Positions 9,526-19,218 are shown, counted from the stretch's first letter. The stretch: 64,000 nt of DNA from Betaproteobacteria bacterium HGW-Betaproteobacteria-16 (GCA_002840835.1 PHCQ01000020.1:12541-76540), one strand, 5' to 3'. Program-made: numbers and translations. The notes: a model not told the origin generated them from the sequence alone.

Positions 9526-11613
9526 TCAATGTCCGTCGCCGACGGGCGGCGATGCCGCTGCGCTTGCAGTCGTGGTTTCTTCCGCGTCTGCTTCATCCAC
9601 GCTGATCGCCAGCGCCAGGGGCGCGGCCAGACCCTCGTCGTCACCGTCGGACTCGTCGCTGGCGGCGTCATCGAGTTCGTCCACTGGCAGATCCAGGCGT
9701 TCGATCACGGTGCCGGAGACTTCCAGGGAGATTTCATCGACCGCCCCCAGACGAACGCGCACATGGGCGCCGCGCGGCAGGTTGTCGGTACCCATCGCGG
9801 GGAAAACCAGAGGCAGGGTGTCTGCGCGAACCAGGTTGTCGCGAACCAGCGTGGCTGTGAGCTCGTTCTGGTTGTTCTGCTGCAGGTATTTCAGTGTCCA
9901 GTAACGCTCCATGCCGTTCTGAAAGCCGTTGTAGGCCGAATAGGCGGCGTCGAATCCACTGATGATGGAAAAGAGGTTGGCGTCCTTGGGCTTGAAAGGG
10001 GCCGCCAGCGCAGCGGTGCGGCCGTGCCGGGCGCAGGCAATGATCTGCCACTGGTTCACCAGGTCCACATAGCGGCGCAGGGGAGACGTGCTCCAGGCAT
10101 AGCTCTTCACACCAATGCCGGCATGCGGCTGTGCCTTGGTGCCCATGCGCACTTTCACGCCCGGCATCAGACTCGCCTGGCTTCGGTAGATGCCCGGCAC
10201 ACCACATTCGGCCAGCCAGTTGCCCCAGGTGCTGTTGGCCAGAATCATGGCTTCGGCCACCATCAGGTCCAGCGGCGCTCCGCGCTTTCGGGTGCCGATC
10301 TGCACGCGCTCATCGCCTCTGGGTTCGTCACCGGTCACGCCTTCGAGGCGGAAGGTGTAGTCAGGGCGGTTGAAGTTCTCGGGTTTGCCACGCACCACCT
10401 CGCGCTGCGCCTTGAGGTGGCGAGCCAGTCGGAACAGGAAGGCCAGGGTGTTTTGCAGTGCCGCAATCTCCTTCGGTGGCGCTTGGGCAGGTACTTCACC
10501 GTTCAGCCAGGCCTCGGTGATCACATCGTCGAGCTGGTCGTGACGCAGGTTCAATGCAATCGGCACCCGCTCGAGCGCTGTGCGGCTTTCGCGAACCTCC
10601 AGCGTGGCTTCGTCCAGCGTCACGTAGAGCGACACCGCCGGACAATCCCGCCCGGCCATCAGGGTGTAGGACTGCACCACATCGTCTGGCAGCATGGTGA
10701 TCTTGTGCCCTGGCATGTAGACAGTCGACAGGCGAGAGCGGGCGACCTGGTCGATGACACTCTCGGGCAGCACGGCCAGACCCGGCGCGGCAATGTGAAT
10801 GCCCAGCGTCACCGATCCGCTGCCCAAGCCTTGCAGCGACAGGGCGTCATCGATCTCGGTGGTGTGCGAATCGTCGATGGAAAACGCCTGCACGCTGGCC
10901 AATGGCAGTTCATCGGCAATGGCGGGTGCCTGTAGCTGGGGGAAGCCGGTGCCCTTGGGAAACTGGTCAAACAGGAAGCGCTGCCAGTGGAACTGGTAGG
11001 CGCTTTCAATGGCGCCTGCATTGTGCAGCAGGGTCAGTGGCGCGGTGTGGGTGCTGCGGGCCGCGTCGACCACGGCCTTGTACTCGGGCGCGTTCTTGTC
11101 GGGTTTGAAAAGGATCTTGTAGAGCTGCTGGCGCACCGGCGCCGGGCAGGTGCCGGCGGCGAGTTCGCCCGCCCAGGCCTCGATCTGCGCCTGCACCTGC
11201 TTCTTTTTCTCAATGGCGGCCAGGGCCTGGGCCACGATTTCGGGTGCTGCCTTTTTGTAGCGCCCTTTGCCGGCCCGGCGGAAATAGTGGGGCGCAGCCT
11301 GCAGGCAGAGCAGGGCGGCGACCTGCTCGGAAGTGCCCGCGCTGGCGCTGAAATACTCTCGTGCCAGATCGGCGAATCCGAATTCGTCTTCGGGAGCGAA
11401 TTCATAGGCCAGCTCCAGCTCCATGCTGTCAGCCAGGGTCCCGGCGGCGGCCATCAACTGCGTGGGCGCAGGCTTCTCGAAGCGGAGCAGCGCGTTGGCG
11501 GTCTTGACCTTGACCCGCTTGCCCGAATCCAGCTCTACTTGCAGGGAACTCTCTGCTTCAGAGAGCAGGCGGCCGGTCAGAAGTTTGCCGGCCTCGTCGA
11601 ACAGAATATGCAT
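9526..11613 (-). CDS. RNB-domain exoribonuclease (RNase II/R family)
   Basis: SIDDSHTTEIDDALS catalytic motif, TSPLRRYVDL. Confidence 0.92.
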   Translation of the reverse strand: MHILFDEAGKLLTGRLLSEAESSLQVELDSGKRVKVKTANALLRFEKPAPTQLMAAAGTLADSMELELAYEFAPEDEFGFADLAREYFSASAGTSEQVAALLCLQAAPHYFRRAGKGRYKKAAPEIVAQALAAIEKKKQVQAQIEAWAGELAAGTCPAPVRQQLYKILFKPDKNAPEYKAVVDAARSTHTAPLTLLHNAGAIESAYQFHWQRFLFDQFPKGTGFPQLQAPAIADELPLASVQAFSIDDSHTTEIDDALSLQGLGSGSVTLGIHIAAPGLAVLPESVIDQVARSRLSTVYMPGHKITMLPDDVVQSYTLMAGRDCPAVSLYVTLDEATLEVRESRTALERVPIALNLRHDQLDDVITEAWLNGEVPAQAPPKEIAALQNTLAFLFRLARHLKAQREVVRGKPENFNRPDYTFRLEGVTGDEPRGDERVQIGTRKRGAPLDLMVAEAMILANSTWGNWLAECGVPGIYRSQASLMPGVKVRMGTKAQPHAGIGVKSYAWSTSPLRRYVDLVNQWQIIACARHGRTAALAAPFKPKDANLFSIISGFDAAYSAYNGFQNGMERYWTLKYLQQNNQNELTATLVRDNLVRADTLPLVFPAMGTDNLPRGAHVRVRLGAVDEISLEVSGTVIERLDLPVDELDDAASDESDGDDEGLAAPLALAISVDEADAEETTTASAAASPPVGDGH

Positions 11614-11668
11614 CCGGCGATTGTCCCACGAGGAAATGAAGACCCCGTGAAGAGCCGGGACGGCAGGT

Positions 11669-12331
11669 TCACCCTGCAGCGCTGGCCGTGCCAGGCAAGG
11701 CCTGACCAGGGCGCAACAGGTTCAGGAAGTCGAACAGCGCGTCGATGTGATCATCAAAATCGCTGATGGCATGGTCACCGCCTTCGAGCAAGTGGATGGT
11801 GCCTCCGGCGCAGAAAGCCTGCATTTCCCGCCAGTCCAGCACCTCGTCGCCCTTGGCAATGAGGGCGAATTGCTGCGCAAGTTGTCCCGGTTGCGAGGGC
11901 GCCAGGCGATGGATGTCGGCTTCGAGGCCGACCAGCTCGTCGATGTAGCCCGGCTGAAAGAAAAACCGCTCTTCGGGGTTCTGCCAGGTGGTCTGATCAC
12001 CGATGTACCTGGCCAGGTCGCGTGCGGGAAAGACGGCCGGATTGAGCAACGCGGCCCGGCAATGGGTGTGCAGGGCAAACCAGCGGGCATAAAAGCCGCC
12101 CAACGAAGATCCCACCACCGCCGTGCTCTGACGGGGCCATGAGGCGGTGCCCTTCATCAGCAGGGCAGTGGCTTCTCTCGGCGAGGGTGGCAGCTGGGGG
12201 CACCACCAGACCACGTCAGGGTGTTCGCTGCGCACCCGGTTGGCCACCTTGGTCGCCTTCATTGACAGGGGCGACGACCGAAATCCGTGAAGGTAGAGCA
12301 GATGTGTGGTGGGGTTGGTGCTTGTGCTCAT
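11669..12331 (-). CDS. YqiA/UPF0227 family esterase
   Basis: LYLHGFRSSP, GSSLGGFYA, LLNPAV, GGDH. Confidence 0.9.
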   Translation of the reverse strand: MSTSTNPTTHLLYLHGFRSSPLSMKATKVANRVRSEHPDVVWWCPQLPPSPREATALLMKGTASWPRQSTAVVGSSLGGFYARWFALHTHCRAALLNPAVFPARDLARYIGDQTTWQNPEERFFFQPGYIDELVGLEADIHRLAPSQPGQLAQQFALIAKGDEVLDWREMQAFCAGGTIHLLEGGDHAISDFDDHIDALFDFLNLLRPGQALPGTASAAG

Positions 12332-12354
12332 CGGGCAAAGGATAATGGCAGACC

Positions 12355-13509
12355 ATGGCCGCCGTATTCGACAAACCTTCCCTGCTTCAGCGCATTGCGC
12401 CGATTTTTCAGGGCTTTGACGTGCCGCTGGTGCTGGGCATTCTGATCATGGCCGGCGCGGGCCTGGTCACGATGTATTCGGTGGGCTTCGATCACGGCGC
12501 ACGTTTCTCGGCGCACGGGCGCAACATGCTGATTGCGCTGGGCGTGCTTTTCCTGGTGGCCCAGGTGCCGCCTCAGCGTCTGATGTCATTGGCGGTGCCG
12601 CTGTACCTGGTCGGTGTGGCGCTTCTGGTGGGCGTGGAGCTGTTCGGTATCGAGCGCAAGGGTGCGCAACGCTGGCTCAATGTGGGTGTGGTGATCCAGC
12701 CCAGCGAGCTCCTGAAGATTGCCATGCCGCTGATGCTGGCATGGTGGTTCCAGCGACGTGAAGGACAACTCAAGCCCATCGACTTCCTGGTGGCGTTTGT
12801 CCTGCTTGGCGTTCCTGCCGCCTTGATCTTGAAACAACCCGATCTGGGCACGGCGCTGCTGGTGGTCGCCTCGGGCATCTTCGTCATCTTTTTCGCCGGG
12901 CTGAGCTGGAAGCTGATCCTTCCCCCTGTGTTGCTGGCGGTGGTGGGCGTGGTGACGCTGATCTTCATGGAAGATCAGTGGTGTGCGCCGGGGGTGGACT
13001 GGAAGGTGCTGCGGGAATACCAGCGTATCCGCGTCTGCACACTGCTGGACCCTTTTCAGGATCCGCTGGGCAAAGGCTTTCACATCATCCAAGGCATGAT
13101 CGCCATTGGTTCCGGTGGTGTCTGGGGCAAGGGTTTCATGCAGGGCACCCAAACCCATCTGGAATTCATACCCGAGCGCACCACCGACTTCATCTACGCG
13201 GCATTCTCGGAAGAGTTCGGCCTGCTGGGCACGCTGGCGCTCATGACGGGGTTCATTTTTCTGGTCGTGCGCGGTCTGATGATTGCGCTGGATGCGCCCA
13301 CGCTGTTCACCCGCTTGCTCGCAGGAGCGCTCACGCTCAACATCTTCGTCTATGCCTTCGTCAACATGGGCATGGTCAGTGGCATCTTGCCGGTGGTGGG
13401 TGTGCCGTTGCCGTTCATCAGCTATGGCGGCACGGCCATGGTCACGCTGGGGGTGGGTCTGGGCATGCTGATGTCGATCGCCCGCTCCAAACGGTTGATG
13501 CAATCGTGA
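12355..13509 (+). CDS. rodA: Rod shape-determining protein RodA (SEDS)
   Basis: GAQRWL, IQPSE, QPDLGT, PERTTDFI, GVPLPFISYGG. Confidence 0.95.
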   Translation: MAAVFDKPSLLQRIAPIFQGFDVPLVLGILIMAGAGLVTMYSVGFDHGARFSAHGRNMLIALGVLFLVAQVPPQRLMSLAVPLYLVGVALLVGVELFGIERKGAQRWLNVGVVIQPSELLKIAMPLMLAWWFQRREGQLKPIDFLVAFVLLGVPAALILKQPDLGTALLVVASGIFVIFFAGLSWKLILPPVLLAVVGVVTLIFMEDQWCAPGVDWKVLREYQRIRVCTLLDPFQDPLGKGFHIIQGMIAIGSGGVWGKGFMQGTQTHLEFIPERTTDFIYAAFSEEFGLLGTLALMTGFIFLVVRGLMIALDAPTLFTRLLAGALTLNIFVYAFVNMGMVSGILPVVGVPLPFISYGGTAMVTLGVGLGMLMSIARSKRLMQS

Positions 13510-13531
13510 CCGCTCCGCAGCTGTGCATGTC

Positions 13532-14449
13532 ATGTCGATGATTCCTGCAAAGCCTCGGGTGGCGGTGGTCGGCGCGGGCAACATGGGCGGTGGCATGGTC
13601 GGTCGTCTCTGTGACCGGTCCTGGCCCGTCGTGGCATGCGACGTTGATCCGGAAAGGCAGCAGCAGGCCTTGCGGGCCGGCGCACAAGGGGCCGACAGCC
13701 CGCATGCGGCGGCGGCCCTGCTGGAAGAAGAAGGCGTTCTGATCGTCTGCGTGGTTGACGCCGCGCAGACGAATACGGTGCTGTTTGGCCCGACCGGCGC
13801 TGCGAGGGCCATGCGACCAGGGCAGGTGGTGCTGATGTGCCCCACCCTTGCCCCCGATGATGTCGAGGCGATCGACCGGCAGCTCGGGGCACTGGGCATC
13901 GCATGCATTGATGCGCCGATGTCAGGGGGCCCCGCACGGGCGCGAGACGGCAGCATGAGCCTCATGGTCGCCGGCCCTGGCGCTGTGCTGGATCGGCACC
14001 GACCGCTGCTGAACGCCTTGTCTTCGCGGGTGTTTCGCATCAGTGATCGCGTGGGCGATGCTGCGCGCACCAAACTGGTCAACAACCTGCTGGCAGGCAT
14101 CAACCTGGTGGGTGCGGCCGAAGTCCTCGCACTGGCAGAGCGCATGGGGCTGGATGCCTCGCTGACGCTGGATGTGATCGAGCAGTCGAGCGGACAAAGC
14201 TGGATCGGCTCGGACCGCATGCGCCGCGCCATTGCCGGTGATCTGGCTCCCAGGGCCCATGTGACCTTGCTGGAGAAAGACACCCGCCTGGCGGTGCGGG
14301 CCGCTCAGCATGTCGGGTTTGCGGGACCGCTGGGGGCAAAGGCCGCCGCCGTATTTGCTCAAGCCAGTGCCGCCGGACTTGGCGGGCTGGACGATGCCGC
14401 CTTGCTGCCGTGGCTGCGGCAGTCCGCGAAGCCGGGTCCAGGCGATTGA
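13532..14449 (+). CDS. NAD(P)-dependent beta-hydroxyacid dehydrogenase family protein
   Basis: GAGNMGGGM Rossmann motif, DAPMSGG, KLVNN; start approximate. Confidence 0.88.
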   Translation: MSMIPAKPRVAVVGAGNMGGGMVGRLCDRSWPVVACDVDPERQQQALRAGAQGADSPHAAAALLEEEGVLIVCVVDAAQTNTVLFGPTGAARAMRPGQVVLMCPTLAPDDVEAIDRQLGALGIACIDAPMSGGPARARDGSMSLMVAGPGAVLDRHRPLLNALSSRVFRISDRVGDAARTKLVNNLLAGINLVGAAEVLALAERMGLDASLTLDVIEQSSGQSWIGSDRMRRAIAGDLAPRAHVTLLEKDTRLAVRAAQHVGFAGPLGAKAAAVFAQASAAGLGGLDDAALLPWLRQSAKPGPGD

Positions 14450-14528
14450 GCCGAGGGTGACCTTGCGAGACGCCTTCGACAAAACCATGTTTGCGATGCG
14501 TACAGCAGGTCCTTCTTACAATGGGCGC

Positions 14529-15989
14529 ATGATTGCACGCGAACCCACCCTTGCCCGCCTCGCCACTGCCCAGAGCGCCCTGCTGGACCCGTTCGGCCTG
14601 ACGCCGGCTCTTCTGCAGCGGGCCTTGGGGGAGATCATGTCCCACGGCGTGGACGACGCAGACCTCTATTTCCAGACCACCCGCAGCGAAGGTTGGAGTC
14701 TGGAGGAGGGCATCGTCAAGACCGGCAGCTTCAGCATCGACCAAGGCGTGGGCGTGCGAGCCGTCAGCGGCGAAAAAACCGCATTTGCCTACTCTGACGA
14801 TCTGTCCTGGGATTCGCTGATCGATGCGGCGCACACCGTGCGCTCCATCTCTGCACAGGGCCAGGGGCGCAAAGTGCGCGTGCCGGCGATCAAGGTGTCG
14901 AAATCACGCTCGCTCTATCCCGGACTGGACCCGATCGGCACCATGGACAGCACCGCCAAGGTGGCGCTGCTGGAGAAGGTCGAGCGCCTGGCCAAGGCGA
15001 AAGATCCTCGTGTGGTGCAGGTCATGGCCGGCCTGGCAGCCGAGCACGATGTGGTGCTGGTGGCCCGGGCCGACGGCACCATGGCCGCCGATGTGCGCCC
15101 GTTGATCCGCCTGTCGGTCACGGTGATCGCAGAACAGAAGGGGCGCCGCGAAGTCGGTTCCTCGGGCGGCGGCGGTCGCTTCGGGCTGGATTATTTTGAT
15201 GACGCCATGGTGCAGTCCTATGTGGACGAAGCCGTGGCCAATGCGCTCACCAATCTCGACGCGCGCCCTGCGCCGGCCGGTGAGATGGTGGTCGTGCTGG
15301 GTTCCGGCTGGCCGGGGATTCTGCTGCATGAGGCCGTGGGGCACGGTCTGGAAGGGGATTTCAACCGCAAGGGTTCCAGCGCCTTTGCGGGCCGCATCGG
15401 CCAGCGTGTGGCGGCCAAGGGTGTGACCGTGCTCGACGACGGCACCATCGCAGACAGGCGCGGTTCGCTCAACGTGGACGATGAAGGGCACACCTCGCAG
15501 AAGAATGTGCTGATCGAGGACGGCATTCTGCGTGGCTACATCCAGGACGCAATGAACGCGCGCCTGATGGGAGTGAAGCCCACCGGCAATGGCCGCCGAG
15601 AGAGCTATGCCCACGTGCCCATGCCGCGCATGACCAATACCTACATGCTGGGTGGTGACAAGGCCCCCGAAGAAATCGTGGCCAGCATCAAGAAGGGCCT
15701 GTACGCCACCAACTTCGGCGGCGGCCAGGTCGACATCACTTCCGGCAAGTTCGTGTTCTCGGCCAGCCAGGCTTACTGGGTGGAAAACGGTCAGATCCAG
15801 TACCCGGTCAAGGGAGCCACGCTGGTGGGCAACGGGCCTGATTCGCTCACCCGCGTGAGCATGATCGGCAACGACATGCGCCTGGACAGCGGCGTGGGCA
15901 CCTGTGGCAAAGAAGGTCAGAGCGTGCCGGTGGGCGTGGGGCAGCCCACGTTGCGCATCGACGGACTCACTGTGGGCGGTACGGCTTGA
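14529..15989 (+). CDS. tldD: Metalloprotease TldD
   Basis: LLHEAVGHGLEGD, PMPRMTNT, CGKEGQSVPV. Confidence 0.97.
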   Translation: MIAREPTLARLATAQSALLDPFGLTPALLQRALGEIMSHGVDDADLYFQTTRSEGWSLEEGIVKTGSFSIDQGVGVRAVSGEKTAFAYSDDLSWDSLIDAAHTVRSISAQGQGRKVRVPAIKVSKSRSLYPGLDPIGTMDSTAKVALLEKVERLAKAKDPRVVQVMAGLAAEHDVVLVARADGTMAADVRPLIRLSVTVIAEQKGRREVGSSGGGGRFGLDYFDDAMVQSYVDEAVANALTNLDARPAPAGEMVVVLGSGWPGILLHEAVGHGLEGDFNRKGSSAFAGRIGQRVAAKGVTVLDDGTIADRRGSLNVDDEGHTSQKNVLIEDGILRGYIQDAMNARLMGVKPTGNGRRESYAHVPMPRMTNTYMLGGDKAPEEIVASIKKGLYATNFGGGQVDITSGKFVFSASQAYWVENGQIQYPVKGATLVGNGPDSLTRVSMIGNDMRLDSGVGTCGKEGQSVPVGVGQPTLRIDGLTVGGTA

Positions 15990-15994
15990 ATTGA

Positions 15995-16103
15995 CCCACC
16001 CCCGCGCCGCGCTGCGCGCGTCACCCCATCAAGGGGGCGATACCAGTGGCCCGGCAAAGCCGGTTCCACGGTATCTCTGGACTGAGGCACCTCACTCCGG
16101 AAG
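15995..16103 (+). repeat. Structured intergenic repeat copy D
   Basis: CCCCCGCGCC..CCCCATCAAGGGGGCGATACCAGTGGCCCGGCAAAGCCGGTTCCACGGTATCTCTGGA just after tldD stop. Confidence 0.88.
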
Positions 16104-16148
16104 CACTTGCAGCCTTGACTGACCAGAATCGCCGCTTTTTCCAGGCTG

Positions 16149-16157
16149 TGCTACATT
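16149..16157 (+). promoter_or_regulatory. Putative extended -10 promoter of the DAHP synthase leader
   Basis: TG-C-TACATT, 8 nt before leader ATG 16166; no SD between them. Confidence 0.55.
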
Positions 16158-16165
16158 TCGACCCC

Positions 16166-16240
16166 ATGACTTCGCGCTTCGCCTTTTTTGCCTTTTACTT
16201 TTGGTTCTCAGTCCCCGGCGGACGAGAGGCGAGGCTGTAA
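16166..16240 (+). CDS. Aromatic amino acid attenuator leader peptide (24 aa, MTSRFAFFAFYFWFSVPGGREARL)
   Basis: 8 of codons 5-14 are Phe(6)/Tyr/Trp; followed by a terminator and the DAHP synthase gene. Confidence 0.88.
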   Translation: MTSRFAFFAFYFWFSVPGGREARL

Positions 16241-16261
16241 GCGCATCACCGAATCTCGATC

Positions 16262-16296
16262 AAACCGCCGGAGCCCCAAGCCCGGCGGTTTTTTTT
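16262..16296 (+). terminator. Attenuator intrinsic terminator (3:4 hairpin)
   Basis: AAACCGCCGG-loop-CCGGCGG followed by T8. Confidence 0.92.
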
Positions 16297-16340
16297 CGTC
16301 CCCTGAGTTTTCCAGCCAACCCGACCCCAGGAGCCTCTTG

Positions 16341-17474
16341 ATGACCAACAAAAACACCCCCGCCAGCAGCGATGCCTGGCATGCCCGTCCCGTCGACAAA
16401 ACCAGCCAGACCGACGACGAACGCATCAAGGACATCACCGTGCTGCCCCCTCCCGAACACTTGATCCGCTTTTTCCCGATTGGCGGTACCCCGGTGGAAA
16501 GCCTGATCAGCCGGACCCGGCGCCGCATTCACGACATGCTCCATGGCAAGGACGATCGCCTTCTGGTGGTGATCGGGCCGTGCTCCATTCACGATCCCGC
16601 TGCAGCACTCGACTACGCGCGCCGCCTGAAACCGCTGCGCGACAAGTACGCCGACACGCTGGAGATCGTCATGCGGGTGTACTTTGAAAAGCCCCGGACC
16701 ACCGTCGGCTGGAAAGGGTTGATCAACGACCCCTATCTCGATGAGAGCTTCCGCATTGACGAGGGTCTGCGCATCGCACGCCAGCTGCTGATCGAGATCA
16801 ACCGCCAGGGCTTGCCGGCCGGCAGTGAGTTCCTGGACGTGATCTCGCCTCAGTACATCGGCGATCTGATCTCCTGGGGAGCCATTGGCGCCCGCACCAC
16901 CGAAAGCCAGGTGCACCGTGAGCTGGCCTCGGGCCTGTCGGCGCCGATCGGCTTCAAGAATGGCACCGACGGCAACATCAAAATCGCCACCGACGCGATT
17001 CAGGCGGCTGCGCGCGGGCACCATTTCCTGTCGGTGCACAAGAACGGTCAGGTGGCCATCGTCCAGACCAGTGGCAACAAGGACTGCCACGTGATCCTGC
17101 GCGGGGGCAAATCACCCAATTACGATGCGGCGAGCGTGGCAGCGTCGGTCAAGGAGCTGGAAGCGGCCAAGTTGTCCAATCGCCTGATGGTGGACTGCAG
17201 CCATGCCAACAGCAGCAAGCAGCACGAGAAGCAGCTGGAGGTGGCGCGCGACATCGCCGGGCAGATTGCTGCAGGGTCACGCAGCGTGTTCGGTGTGATG
17301 ATTGAAAGCCACATCGAGGCAGGGGCGCAGAAGTTCACGCCCGGCAAGGACGATATGGCCAAGCTGACCTATGGACAGAGCATCACCGACGCCTGCCTGG
17401 GCTGGGAAGACTCGTTGCAAGCGCTCGACGTGCTCTCAAAATCAGTGCAGACAGCGAGGCAGAACAAGGGCTGA
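16341..17474 (+). CDS. aroG: DAHP synthase, class I-alpha (AroG/AroF/AroH type)
   Basis: IGPCSIHD, RVYFEKPRT..GWKG, IGARTTESQ, DCSHANS; AGGAG SD; feedback specificity cannot be read from the sequence. Confidence 0.93.
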   Translation: MTNKNTPASSDAWHARPVDKTSQTDDERIKDITVLPPPEHLIRFFPIGGTPVESLISRTRRRIHDMLHGKDDRLLVVIGPCSIHDPAAALDYARRLKPLRDKYADTLEIVMRVYFEKPRTTVGWKGLINDPYLDESFRIDEGLRIARQLLIEINRQGLPAGSEFLDVISPQYIGDLISWGAIGARTTESQVHRELASGLSAPIGFKNGTDGNIKIATDAIQAAARGHHFLSVHKNGQVAIVQTSGNKDCHVILRGGKSPNYDAASVAASVKELEAAKLSNRLMVDCSHANSSKQHEKQLEVARDIAGQIAAGSRSVFGVMIESHIEAGAQKFTPGKDDMAKLTYGQSITDACLGWEDSLQALDVLSKSVQTARQNKG

Positions 17475-17651
17475 GGAGGCGCTTGTCATTTGTGCGTGTT
17501 CCGAGCGTGCGGAATTTCACGTTCGGCGACTTGAATGTGGATTCGGTGCGCCAGATGCGGCCGATGTCGGTATCCTGCGCAAAGAACGGCGTCCTTCAAG
17601 GACGCTTTGCGTGCTTGTTGCGCAAATTGGTTGTCTTATTTTGGAGTGGGT

Positions 17652-18716
17652 GTGGAACAGCCGGTACTTCGGCTCGGATTGCTTGGCTTCTCCGGGGCAG
17701 ACATGGAGCGCATGAAGCGCTGGATCGCGCAGCAGCAGCCCGGCTGGCCGCTGTGGTCCGTGTGCGATCCGCACAGCGCTGACGCATGGATGATCTGTGG
17801 CCAGTCGGTGGAGGTGCTGGGGCGGGACGCGCTGGTGATCAATCACCCTCACGAGTCGGGGCAGCAGTTCACCCTGAATCGGGCTGAGGTGGACCGGCCG
17901 CTTGCCTTTTCCACGCCGTTGCCCGAGGGATTTGCGTCCGCCGAGTTTTTTGATGCCGCCGATGAAGGCAGTGTGCGCCAGCGGCTGCAGCGGTTTGAAG
18001 CCTGGCTGCGCCCGCTGCGCACCCAGTTCGCCTTGGGGGCGCAGCTTGTCGAGCGCATGCGAGAGTTTCCCAAAGGTGTCGTGCACCTCCTGCAGGAGGA
18101 AAAACTGATCGCGGTCATCGATATGGATCGTGGACAGGTCGGTCTCCACACGCCTGCCAGACCGATTGATCTGGACATGGTGCGCTGGGTGGCGGCTGCG
18201 ACCCCATCGCATGACATTCCTCCTTCGTTCATGCGCTTGTCGCTGCACCGCGTGTTGTGGACGTTTGCCGTGCGCACGGTGCGCCAGGTGCTGCCAGCGC
18301 GCTATCGCGAGCGCACGATCTATCTGCGTCGGGTTCCCCGTGTGCCGGCCAGGTGGTTTGAAGAGTCGCACCTGCGCTTCATGCGCGAACTGATGGTCAG
18401 GCCCGGCACCCTGGACGAGATGCGGGCTCGCATGGACGTGACGGATGTGGAGATCGAGCAATGCGTCACCGCCCTCTACTACGGTGGCGGGCTGACCACC
18501 GATCCTGAGAGTGCGCGTCGCGCCGAGCCCACGGCGCGCCGGGCCCTGGTGGCGTTGCATTTCGACAAGAGCTCGCCCGAAACCGTGGCGCATTCGCGTC
18601 CGGATATCTCGGAAATGGCCGCGTTGTCCAGCATCCTGAAGGACACGAGGCATTCGCCATTGCGTGCGGTGGTGCCCGGTCCGTACGAGCATCGGTCACT
18701 GAAGATGCCGTATTAG
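17652..18716 (+). CDS. Hypothetical protein
   Basis: Long ORF with host-like codon use; GGAG SD before GTG 17652. Confidence 0.75.
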   Translation: MEQPVLRLGLLGFSGADMERMKRWIAQQQPGWPLWSVCDPHSADAWMICGQSVEVLGRDALVINHPHESGQQFTLNRAEVDRPLAFSTPLPEGFASAEFFDAADEGSVRQRLQRFEAWLRPLRTQFALGAQLVERMREFPKGVVHLLQEEKLIAVIDMDRGQVGLHTPARPIDLDMVRWVAAATPSHDIPPSFMRLSLHRVLWTFAVRTVRQVLPARYRERTIYLRRVPRVPARWFEESHLRFMRELMVRPGTLDEMRARMDVTDVEIEQCVTALYYGGGLTTDPESARRAEPTARRALVALHFDKSSPETVAHSRPDISEMAALSSILKDTRHSPLRAVVPGPYEHRSLKMPY

Positions 18717-18890
18717 GGCGACGATGATTCTGCTCGGCGTCGCCTTGTGGCAACCCGACACGACTTCCACCGGGCCTGCCGGGTACCTGTGTCACGCTTG
18801 CGTGGCCCATGTTGGCACGGGACCCGACCGGCGTCACAATCCATGAACAGATGGTCGAATGCCTGGCCGTTTTTTCTAGGAGCATCAGCA

Positions 18891-19211
18891 ATGCGAAGCC
18901 AATTCACAGTGACCTGGGGCGAGCCCGCCACCTACCGTTTCGATCTGGATGAGGTGCAGCCGATGCCTCATGAACTGGCGCGCACCTGGCTCGACGATCA
19001 GTTCAACTTCTTTGGTTGCGACCCCATTCGGCCGACCGGCAAAGTGCTCACGGCTGACAAGATCCTGTGTGTTGCGCAGGCCGCAGGGGAAGAACGGTTC
19101 CGCGACAAGGCGCATCGAGCCTGGGCCATGGCGTTTGCCCGCGCGGCAAGTGCTGCACTGGGCAAGCCAGCGGTCACGGTGGACGTGAAAGCACAGGCGC
19201 TGGCGTACTGA
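18891..19211 (+). CDS. Hypothetical protein (106 aa)
   Basis: AGGAG SD before ATG 18891; typical codon bias. Confidence 0.78.
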   Translation: MRSQFTVTWGEPATYRFDLDEVQPMPHELARTWLDDQFNFFGCDPIRPTGKVLTADKILCVAQAAGEERFRDKAHRAWAMAFARAASAALGKPAVTVDVKAQALAY

Positions 19212-19218
19212 CTAGGGA

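Noticed and set aside
12586-14283. Long antisense ORFs (also 2787-4103, 9529-10935, 31006-32460, 41277-42578, 54540-56402, 57361-58647)
   Set aside because: Opposite well-supported genes; expected from GC-rich codon bias and without recognisable motifs.
16046-16240. 64-aa ORF, and the 428-aa extended DAHP synthase start (16188), from the track
   Set aside because: The upstream part is translated repeat D; the credible starts are ATG 16166 (leader) and ATG 16341 (with SD).
17480-17650. Riboswitch (e.g. c-di-GMP) upstream of the hypothetical gene
   Set aside because: Only a simple hairpin; I could not match the conserved aptamer motifs. An Rfam scan would be decisive.
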